A stretch of DNA of 64,000 nucleotides from Podarcis melisellensis (Eukaryota). The notes beneath the pieces were generated by a model, which worked only from the letters and a program-made list of their open reading frames with translations, was not told the DNA's origin and did no database searches. The stretch is taken from NCBI GenBank assembly GCA_964234715.1, contig OZ174280.1, one strand, 5' to 3'. A program made the translations under genes and the position numbers. Of this stretch, positions 13,582-25,451 are shown piece by piece; within the stretch, counting starts at the first letter, position 1, and every line of letters begins with the position of its first letter.

Positions 13582-16500
13582 GCCCATTTGGACAATACCA
13601 GATGGATGAATTCAATTCAGCTAATGCTTGATAATATTTATCCAACTAAAAGAAATATAAGAAGACTCGGTATTATACCAGGCAACTACTATGTTTTTCT
13701 GCATATAAATCATAGTGTCTATTTGCATTTGATTGAGGAGTTTGCAGAATCCATTCTGACTATATCATCCTGTGTGTGCGTGTGCTTGCCCACAGGCACA
13801 CTGGGTGTTCCCTTCAATCCTACAGGCATCTCCTTCCTGCTCCTGTGGTGGCAGCGAGAGAAACTGGATAGCCATAATGATAACAGTCTGGCTTTCAAGC
13901 CAGGAAATGTGGAATTATGGCTGCAACTCCATCCTCCCGCTTCTTGTGCTTGCCCTTGGTCATATGTGCTCCGTGTGTGTACGCACACACTGCTCTCTCC
14001 CCCCTCCACCTTCCAAAAGCTCCGAAGCTGCCATCTGTTCTGGGACACATTCCAACTATGACCACCTGCTGGTGAGCACTTGCACTGCGTCTGCCTGGAT
14101 CAGCACCATCATTCCTGCCTGTGCCTCTCTGGCACGCTGCCTTGCATTCCACATCTCCCCACACTCCTGGACGCAGAAGGGCAAAGCTAACCAAATGGGG
14201 GACCCCACAGTGAATCCAGCCTTTGGGGGCACACGGTGCCTGAAAAGAGGCCCCTAGCTCCAACAAGACACAAGGAAGCTATTCTGTTGCTTTGCACATG
14301 TGTTACAATCTGAAGAGCTCTGTGACTTCATCGAGCCTCCTCCCCACCCCTCCCAGAGTCCAGGCCAGAGAATCAGCTCTACTTTTTGCAGCCAGAATGT
14401 TCATTTACTTTGGCTATATCAGTCTTATGTCATGGTATATAGTGTGTACCTTGCACGGGTGCCAGCTTGAATAAAATAAGCCCCTCCTTGCATAATCGAT
14501 CACAAGATGCAGGATGCCTACACCATTTGAATGGCAATGCCCATCAACTTGGGAGGGATCCCTCAAATATCTTATTGGGGGGGGCAAAGGAGTTGGCTCC
14601 GATGGTACCTTGGCTACTGGTATCTTGAAAAGGTATAACAATTGGGGAAACTGCCTTTTTATTTGGTTAGCATGTCTTAGGAGCGTTGAATGGCACTCGA
14701 CTTTTTGCCACATTTATCTATGGAATTTGCAGATCTCTTTAGCTTTGTGATCCCAGTTAAGATAAATCATTTACCAAATTCTTTGCCCATGTGGCAAATT
14801 TTGTGTCCGTTCTGCAGAATTCCTACTGAGTGCACTTCGCAATATTACAATTTTCTCCTTTTCAAAAAGGCTATTACAAGAAGGTTGCATTGTGTGTGCA
14901 GCTGTCCAACCTGTCTTAGTACATCTCTTAATGTCAGATCTAAGCATCCATAAAATGGAACTCTCCTCCTTAGGAACATAAGATGCTGCTTTACATGAAT
15001 TCAGACCACTGGTCCATCTAGCTCAGTTATGCCAAAGTTGATTGACAGTGGCTCTCCAGGGTTTCAGACAGGAGTCCCTTGCAGCCCTACCTGGAGATGG
15101 CAGGGACTGAATCTGGCATGCAAACCATGTGCTTTCTTACAAAAATATTTATTCTGTGTTGAAAGCTAGATAAAGTTCCAAATGTTTCATTGCTGGAGAG
15201 TATGCCATTGTATGAGCTGTCGTCTGCAGAGTGAAGAACAGTCAAGACATACAGATTTACCCCCTTGTATACTGTTTGAGAGAATTCATTTTCTCATTTG
15301 CATATGCATTTGGGAAATACACTGAATAGTTGGGGAACATGCCTGGCTCAAACCCACCTGCCGGCTTTGGCTGTTGGGGGCACTTGTAGGACACTCAGGG
15401 TCAAAGGGGTCAAGACAAGGCCGCTCCATATAGGCCTGGCCAACCTCTGCCTTATCCAGCATCTCCTTGAATCCTTCCAGCGAGGCAAACTGACCCAACT
15501 CGTCCATCAGTTGAATGGGGTCTAAGTTAGTCCATTGGATATCGCGCCGGCCCCTACGGAGATAAAATATGGGTTAACAGGCAAAGAAAATATCCAGATA
15601 GCATCACTTATTCCTATTACAGATTGTAATAAATGGATGATTTTAAGAGGAGGCTTGTAAATTCTAATATGTATAAGTAGGCAGGTAACTACATTTTTTG
15701 GTAGGCTAGTAATTTGTGTGAATATTTGCAATGCTAAACCTGACCATATGTCTGGGCTGTATCATACTTATGCAGCAATGCATACTTGAGCAGCTTTTAT
15801 TTTCCTTTGGAGCAATAAAGAGGCTAGAGAAGGAACATGGACTTGTCCCCCAAGAAGGAAGATCTCTGAACACACACACACCACATACTAGTTCTGGCCA
15901 TAATTTAAGTCCATTTCCCTTGTCCTGTGTACTGCTGCTTCTCCCTTGCATGCAGAGCCCTGGCTCTCCCAGCACTGCCTCTATCAAGATGTTAGCACGC
16001 TGGCGTTAATTGCCCTGACTGGCTGCACAAGACTCATTTAGGGGGTGGGAGGGGTCTGCTCAGTGCTGATATAGGGCTTCATTCCTTTTGTTCCCGTGCA
16101 TAACAGGATCAGGCATGCTGCTTTCATTTGGCATCTGGTTTAGAGTGCCAGCTCCAGAGGATCTGGACAGTGCCTCCTCTGGGAGCACCAGAGCTGTGTG
16201 TGTGCCGTAGGCTGGGGTCATGTGCATGTAGGGGCATCAGGGTGTATTCCAGAAGCAAAAGAGAATCTTTCAACAAAAGCTGGAAAGGGAAGAGGGGTAT
16301 TTTCCATGCCCAACACTTGGCCCGATGCATTTGTGCACAGGGATGTACACAGCAGTATAATTTGTTATGTGCATATTTTATTATTTCTGTTTATATAGAT
16401 CTCTAGATAATATACACATATTGAAAAGGCTTCTTGATGAGAGAAAAGGCATTTTGCTTCTGCCCAAACAAAAAGGGTAACCCTTGTAACATGCAACTTA

Positions 16501-19500
16501 TTTAATGAGCAAGTGTGGAAGGATCTATCCCAGGAAGGCTTCATCTCCAACCATTGCAATGACAGATCTGTTGTACTACAGAGGAAAGGTCACACCCCCT
16601 GAAAATGTAGTACTATACTTAAGAGTTTCCCTACCCACCAAAGAAAGGGCAAATTGTGCCAAGTTCTGCCCAACATTATCCTGAGACAGTAAATTTCACA
16701 AGAATCTTGTGGAAACTCCATTATTTGGTCACTTTCTAGTTTCGCTGAAAATGTTCCTTGGCTTCACACTGTGAGAAAGGGTCAGTGACCCACCAAAATG
16801 AGTATCTGGGGCTAGGAGAGAAGAACCACTGAGACAAGATATTCAGAGAACTAAGCCCAAGCAACTTGCATGACTGCTTCTGGCAACATATAAAGTACTG
16901 GCAAAGGTCAGAGAAGAGGCAATAAGAATGGTTCCAAAGGCCACAGTGAGCCATAGAGGTTAGTTTTATCTGTATAAAGTACAAGGGAGTTGCTTAGGAA
17001 TTAATTCCAGCTCTAGACAGATAGGAATACAGTTTAGAAGAAAGGGGAATCGTCTTTAAGGGATCTCTAATTATAGTAAACTTTCCAAATGGGCAACTTT
17101 TCGAGGGGGCAAATCCTCTGCTTGGTCTGACAAGAGATTAACTGATAAAAGATATTTCCCTAGACCAGTACCTGTTGGAAAGGGTGGAGGTTTTGAAACT
17201 TCATAGAGTAGAATTTGACAGTGAACTCAATTAGCCAGTATATTGTAATTGATCCAGGCTTTGTGTCACATTCTCCGAGATCAAGGTTATAGCTACAATC
17301 CAAACAAATCCTGGCATCTTGTTTCAGGTCTGATTATATCCAGCAACTCTCCTCCACTGCCATTCATGCAGCATCTTCCTAACATGACTGAAGGAAATTT
17401 CTAACAAGAGGCCTATTTCCAAAAAGCAGGGCAATTGAGAGCTGTGGCCCAGGGAGATTCATGAGGACCATATATAGAGGCCTGGAGGGCTGCATTAAGA
17501 TCCCTGGGCCTGAGGCTCCCCATCTCTGCTTTAAATGCTGTAAACAACAACGACTCTGAGGCTGCAGCTACAGTTCCTCTGATGCCACTCACTCTTCCAC
17601 TGGTGCTCTCATGCATTCTTGTCTTCAACTTCCTGTCATGGAGTGCTTGCATCATTGAGGCCACAGAAGCAAGGGAAAGTGGCAAGGCGACTGCAGTCTC
17701 CCTCAGTGCCTTGATATAATCTTAGCAACCGTACTTCTTCCCAGTGGATTGGAGCTAGAGACAATCCTGCTCACATAGCCCCGGAGTAATTAGCCCCTGA
17801 GTTTCTGGGTCTGTAAGAGCTCTGCAGCAAGGAAATTTGCCAGGTATGATTTTCCATGTTCATTTTCCCATTCTAATGGGAGAATCTGTTCTTGTTCCTG
17901 TTGTGCAGCCATTAAAATCGGAGGAGCTTGTCCATGCAGGATCAGGGCCTGAAGACCTACATGCTCTACTCTCAGAGCCTATCGAATTACTGAAAGCCTT
18001 GATAGTCAAAGCTTGTCTCCCAGACTCTTTCTAGAGAGCTGGCGGCTAGGGATTTTTTCTATCTCTCCACACAAGTTTGTAGCCAAACAAACCAATATAA
18101 GTTGAAGAAGGGGGGGGGGAGTGGTTGGATATGAAGAAGGGAGTTGCAGCATTTTGTCCTTTCAGCTGGAATCACAAAGCAAAGTCTATTTTGCTTGCTA
18201 TTTTCTTTTTTTAAAAAACAGAAGGAAAAAGCAAAACTCCAAGATGTGGAAAGCAGGGGCAGGGAAAGTCTTGTCATGCTCGGAGCAGAATCACTCTCCA
18301 ATCATTCATGAACCCCCAGGTCCCAAGAAGGTTCCTCCTTGCCTGATTCCCACATTCCAAACAGCCCAGCTCCTGCTCCCAAAGAGAGCTTCTTTTATCT
18401 GCTGTTTCTTGCTTCACTGAGCCAAGTCGGGCCCTTTTGTTTTTCCATAGATTGCTGCCCTTTGTTCTCCCAAGTTTTCTCTCCCTTTGCGTTAAAAGGA
18501 GGGGGGGAGAGAGAGAGACCCTCAGCTGAACTGAAGCGGAAGCTGGACCTGAGGAAAAGACTCCCCCATTCCAGCCACTGACAAGAAAACTTTGGGACGT
18601 GTGTGTGTGAAATTTCTGAGCGGTGGAGGAGGGGGGATACGAGAGTCATTATAAATAAACAAGGAACCCAAGAGACTGGATACAGAAAGTAAGGGAGCAA
18701 GGACATGACGTTTCATGGAAGAATAGGAAGAGCAAGAAAATCCCCAGGCTTCCTTGCCAACTGCCTTCGTTTGCACATGAGTCTGAGCTGTTATGCAAAG
18801 TGTGTTCTTAAAACCCCATATTTCATCTACTTTAAAAAAGGAAAAGAAAAGGGAAGCTTGAAAGCAACCCAAAGTCTCAAATTCTGTAACCTTTAGCTCT
18901 CCTTTGGGGGGGTGCTTAAGAGTAACTCTCCATTTTGTTCAGTGAATCACCCTGCAAATAGCACCCAACATTTGTATGAGATAAACTCAGTGAGATGAAA
19001 CAGACCCTGTTCCCTTAAAAAAACAAAACCCCACACCTTGCATTTGTGCTGCTCCTGAGTTCAATGGAAAACACTTCACCCTACCCCAACCCTTATTCTT
19101 GGCAGTTTGATATTAAAATCCCTCCCTCTTTTAATTTTTCTGAAATCTGTTTTCTCCTCCCTCCCTCCCTGTCCCCTTTCTCTCAGCAGCAGGCTGAATA
19201 AAGCTACTATTCCATTTGTTGGGCAACTTGGAGCTTTCAAAGTATCATTAGCATGAGAATACGTGGTGTTGCCGTTTGCTGACAAAGCATAAGTCTCCAG
19301 GGCCCCTTATGGACAAACACACTTGTAAACAGAAAGAATGCTGGCTATTGTTCCTGGCCCTCCCTCCCCCAGCGCCTCCAGTGGGGCTGGTCCCCACATC
19401 TTTACCCTCTCTCCCCCTCCATCCCCCATTTTGTACACCTTAATAGAAACATAATTACGAGGCAGCAGGAGCAACAAAACAAAGCAATTGGCCCCAAAGT

Positions 19501-22500
19501 AGAAACTAAGGGGAGGGGGTAGGAGACTAGAGAAAGCGTTTTCCCTCTGGTTCGGAAGTGGGACAGGGAGAAACTGCTGGGGCTGTGGACCTATACCCAA
19601 ATTCTGTGGGGGCAGGCTGGAGGATGTGAGACTATCCTACCACCCACTAACTGTTACCACCCCCTCCCTAATGTGGCATCGCAGAACAAGGGGAGGGGAT
19701 GTAAGCAAAACCCTGTTGGCCATGCTGTGGTGGAATAGGTAAGAGGAGAAAAGCTGTAGTATTATGGTGGTAACTGGCAAATTATGCTATTCTACAGCAG
19801 ATGGACAGTATTCTCCTTCCTGTGACACAGGTGCCACCTTTATAGTATATGTGCCACTGAAAATGAGAACTCTGTCTCCCTTTCCCCAAACAAGCAATAA
19901 TGCACGCTGAAAAAATACTGAAAGGTAGGTAAGTACAGTGGTACCTCGGGTTAAGAACTTAATTCGTTCTGGAGGTCTGTTCTTAACCTGAAACTGTCGC
20001 CACTGCACAATTTCTGTTCTCATCCTGAAGCAAAGTTCTTAAACCGAGGTACTATTTCTGGGTTAGCCGAGTCTGTAACCTGAAGCGTATGTAACCTGAA
20101 GCGTATGTAACCTGAGGTACCACTCTACCTTGGAAGCATCAGATACAGGAAGGAAGCTTTTCCACAGGTGCCAAGCAAGCCAAGCAAGAAACCCAATTAT
20201 TAGGCAAAGATCCTATTGCTTCTTAGTACAGGAAAATTATGAAGCCACAAAGTGTTTTTGCAACCCGTCTTGCAACCCGTCCTCCTCCTCCATCATCAGC
20301 AACTATGCTTTCTAACAATGCCTGCCATGGCCAATCCAGCCTGCAGGCCTTAAAGGCAAACAGGTAACTCCAGCTCTGACTTAGTGGTAAAAGAGCATTA
20401 TTGAGAAAACACAAAAAGATGCCACCATCTTTTTGGGCAGGCTCATGTACATTCCTTATCCTGACTGGTTCTTCCTCTACTCCTCGTTCTTGACCAGTGA
20501 CTGCAGGCAAACATTCCTGCTACATTCAGATGTCTTTCTCCTTGTTGGGACCTTGCTTAGCTGCAAATAAGAACTGGGACACTGTACGAGAGGTTAAGAG
20601 CTCGAGGTGTGACGTCTGAGCTGGAAATCCCCAGTTCAAATCTCAGCTCATCCACCAACACACTGGGATGCAAGAGCCTTTAGTAATGCCTTCTTTAATA
20701 CTGGAAGAATAGGACCCCCCCACCTTAAAAGTTTGTTATATTTATTATTGTGTTTAGTGAGGGAAGTGCTTTGGGCACTTTAAGAAAATGCTAAATGATC
20801 ATACTTCACATCCTGTGAAAGAGCTTGAAAGCACTCTCAAATAGCTGAGGGGGGGCTCAGATAGAAGGCAGTGTGTGAGAGTGTGTATGTGTATAGACAA
20901 GCATACTTCCTAAAGCCTAGATAAGTCTGTGGCATAGGGAACGGAGGAGAAATAGCTAAAAGCATGTCAGGTCTAAATCCCTGTGCTGGATACATGCTTA
21001 ACCTACAGACAGCCTTCTACACAGCCTTGGCCTCACAGGCCAATCACAGCAGGGCAGAAAAGTACACCTGAAAAACAGGTACTCACGGGAGGTAAGCGGA
21101 ACCCCCTTGCAGCTTGGCACCATCCCAAAAGCAGTCCAGTGGGGTCACGATAACACAAGGAAAGAGCTTCTCGATCATCTGGGAATGACAAGAGCCACAG
21201 TCACAGAGGAAAACCACAAGTTCATCTTTCCAGTTCTCTTCTGCTCTCTTTGTCCCCCTTACCTTGTCCTGCCCAAATGCTCACATAATTTTACTGCAGG
21301 TGGGACTAACCTTGTCTCCCCATTCTCTCCCTTGAAGGCTTTTGGAACAGTGAACGGCTTTGGGAACCAAATAGTACCATCCCAAATACAAGCCCTCAAT
21401 TGAAACAGATCCCAGATATGAGAACTTGGAAGACTTGTCCTAGCCAAATGGGCTACAGTGGGCCACAGGCAGTCCTCATTCTGAGGATACCTGTCTAAGG
21501 GGACAGCAGTCTCTTGCAACTGAGGCATGCAGGATGTAAAGCCCTTATCACCAAAGGTCAGGCACTACTGAAAGCAGTTGAGGATAAAATAGACTTTCCA
21601 CTTTCTACTCCCCCAGCATATGGCTGGAAGGGAGATAAAGCCTCATAGTTAGCTCTTATCTCAGATACACAGGAGTGATTGTTAGCAGGGTTAGGGGTCT
21701 AGCAAAAAGAAGCATGTCCAGTCTATGCAGAAATGTCCAAGTCTCTGAACCCAGAAGGGTGCTTTGGGAAGCTGCTCCTTTGTAACACCATCCTTTTTTA
21801 AAGATTCCACCCTATCCCCATAGCAACCTGGATATCCTCTCTAAGACCCACCCCATTCTCTAGCCAACCAGCTAGACCCCAGGGAATTATTTATGCCATC
21901 CAACAAAGAGATTTTCCCCAGCTGATCTACCTAATTTCTATGGGTTTTAGTGCAACCCGTCCCTGCAGTTGCATGCATTCCCTTGGCAACTCACCCGTGC
22001 AATCATTCCATTCTCAATTATGGGGACACCTGACTTGTAGCATATTTTGTTGAGATCCCAAGACCTGAAAGAAGACGCAGAGGCAATGAATGTAAAAAAA
22101 AAAGTCAAAAGAATTGCTGGAAAGAGGAATGTTAACTAAATGGAAGCTGCAGAGGCAATGTACCTCTGAGTAACAGGTGCTGAGCACAAACATTGGGGAA
22201 GGCCATAACCTTCATGCTCTGCTTGTGAGCATCCAGAGACACATGAAGATTGATAGAAACTGAATGCTGGACTAGATAGATCCTCATCTAATCCATCATT
22301 TAAAAAGTGTATGTTCTTCTTATAAGAGTAACATAGATTTTCCATTTTGAAACTCACTTTCCGTAAAGTAAGACTTGCACTTTGCTTGCAGCCAGAGCAG
22401 CTTCAAGATGCATTCCCAAGGCCTCTGGGGTCAGGATGTTTTCACCTTCCCGTTTGGGAGTTTGTATCAGCATCTGGGGTGTGTACAGAGACTCTTCTCC

Positions 22501-25398
22501 TAGCTTTTCCTTTGTGTACCGGAGCTCCTGGCTGACACGGCTGCCCTCTGGAGGGAAAGGGAAAGAAACACTGGAGTTAATATACCTCCCACTTACCTCT
22601 GTCCTCTTACTTGGCTCTTCGCTTATTCACATAAGAGACCCTAGAACTGAGAATAGGCCCACAGGGGAACATCATGCAGTCTGGTCTTCCCTTTAACACA
22701 TGTATTCTTCTTCACATTATCATGGTGGTTAAAAGAATACATTTCCCCAACCCTTGGAAGATTTAACCAGTAGACTAATGATTCCAATCTGTGTTAGTTG
22801 TCTAATTAATTAAAACAAATTAAAAGACACAGCGAAGTGTTGTGCTTGATCACATATAGTGTCTTTAAAACATAAAACAAAACACAGCTGCAGAGGTAGA
22901 AGTGAGGAGGGGTTCAAGAAGGAGTGGTGTTGCTTGAGAAGCTCCCCACCCACAAGCAAAATCCTACTGGAGAGGAGGCAGGTGTTCAGCAACTTGCAAG
23001 GAGCGGTTTTACTGAGGCGGGGGGGGGGGGGACAACTGTTGGAGGGAAAGGGCTAAGAACTGCCTCCCCCACAGTCTTCCTCTGTAATTGCAGCTTCTGG
23101 GACTGTATTTTATTTTTGAAAAAGAAAGGGAAAGGGCGAGTGGAAGAAGAAACTACATACTGAGAAGCTGCTACCAGCACAGAGTGCTCTACAGTCATAC
23201 TTCGGGATAAATACGCTTTAGGATAAGTATTTTCGGGTTGCGATCCATGGCGCTCGCACATGCGCAGACGGTCAAAATGACGTCACGCACATGAGAAGAA
23301 GTGGCGAAACACAACCCGTGCATGCGCACGCGCAGAGGCATCTTACATTCTGTCCAGGATGTGAACAGGGCTCCGGAACGGATCCCGTTCGCATCCCGAG
23401 GTACCACTGTAGTTCATCGTCTGCCAGAGGAAGTTGCCACCATATACTGTAACTGACCTGGTGCTCCAGAAGCCACAATAAGAAGTATATAAATATGACT
23501 AATGTAGTCAGTATATTAAAAACTGAAGGGGAATAACATTTTTGCCCCTTATGGCTTTGAGTGGGATGAGTGAACTAATAATGCCAAGGGCAAATTCACT
23601 GTGCCCCAAGCTTCCACTCTGAAGAATGCCCCCAATGGTAGCTTTGCTACAAAATAGTGCAAGTTGTGGAAGAAGTTGCCTGCCTGCCACAGAACAGCTG
23701 TATATAGCAAAGGATTCTGGGAAATATTCTACAGCGCCTACTCAGTTCAGTCATAGTAATGCCCAAGCCTGCTGAGCCTCACATTCACTCTGTACAAAGT
23801 GAAAGTGCACACAAGCTTCTGTGGCTGCACACTGCAGAAGATAGGAAGTTAAACAGATAAAGCTGACTTTCAGAGACATTTGTTTGCCATGGTTAAACTT
23901 ATCATTGAGGAATATTGCACGTGTCTTCATAAAATTTTATTTATAAAGTTAACAACAAATATATCATTTGGAAATTGACAATGAATTTACATTGCTTCAG
24001 TATTGCTTCAGTAGTTTGTTAAGTAATTTGTGTTATAAATTTAAACCATCTTTATGGTCATTGTGCTTTTTTCAAGGGATTATATCTGAGCACTCAAAGC
24101 AACCTCACAAAAACAACTACAATTCCCACACTTCTCCAGGGCGAAATACATGGCAGTTAAACCAATTTCATACTGGTTTGGGTCTATAGTGTGGATATTC
24201 CCTTAATCATCCTTAAAATAAGCATGTGAGGGAAGCTGTCACTATTTCCATTTTGCAGATATAGAGACACAGGCTGAGAGACAGATTATTGAACCCAAAG
24301 ATAAATTCTGTTTTGACTACAATCTCCCATTTTCAAGCCATTGCAGAAGACTCTCAATGTTAGGCTTCAGGTTTATGGGGCTAATGACAACATAGCTGTC
24401 TCTTGAGGGTCAGAATCCAAGAAACACCAATGCATTCTAACACTTTCTTGATTTTCCCAACGCTTTTTCTTCTAAACGTGTGTGGACATATCTGTCTTTA
24501 ACTGGTTTAATACATGTTGCCTCTCTCCAGAAAACATCACAAACTGCAATTCCCGGGATTATTTGATGGTGGCAGCAGCAGGGATGGGGACGAGGAAGGA
24601 GTATAGACAGCTAAACTGGGGCACAACCAAAATAAGTTTGCGACACAGGTAGGTCTTATGGCAGCAGCTGTGGAGCACAACAAATGAAAGGTTCATAATA
24701 TGCACTGTAGGGTGCTTGCCAACTATTCCCAACTATGTGACTCTAGTACAGCGTTCCTCAACATGGTGTCCTCCAGGTGGTTTGGACTAAAACTCCTATC
24801 AACTCCAGCCAGCCTGAGCAATGGTCAAGGACGATGAGAGTTGTAGTCTATAAAAATATATGGGTCAAACCATCACAAGACGTGCTGAAATTTTGGGAGG
24901 TTGGAAAGTTACAATGGAATTGCCTTGTGGGCAGAGTGCTCATTTTTATTTATTTATTATTATTACTTTGTCAAAATAAAAAATAAAATTATCTTTCTAC
25001 CTGGAGGGCACCAAGTGGGAGGAAGAATGCTCTACAGGATAGCCTATCCAAATATTGTTCATATTAAAATAAAAAATCATTTTTCACATATTATCTTTTC
25101 CTTTTCAAATTCTCTGGCTCACCTTATTTTTAACAGAAGCAGAAAATGAGGACATAAAAACCACATATTCCACAGCCTGATAATTCTCTTGCTTATTGGT
25201 GCTTCTCCTCTTCCATCGTTCTGGGTTCTTCATCATAAATTATATTTCTCAAACTTGGTAAGAGAGAGTTTGTGTAGACATTTTTACTACAAGCTCGCTG
25301 CTGAGCTCAACAATTCTATCCTGTCCTGCTATTTTGTCACTTTTTGTAAGTATAAATTCTTCTTTTAATGCTTCGTAGCTGTTGATTTTTATAAATAA

Positions 25399-25451
<53 letters not shown>

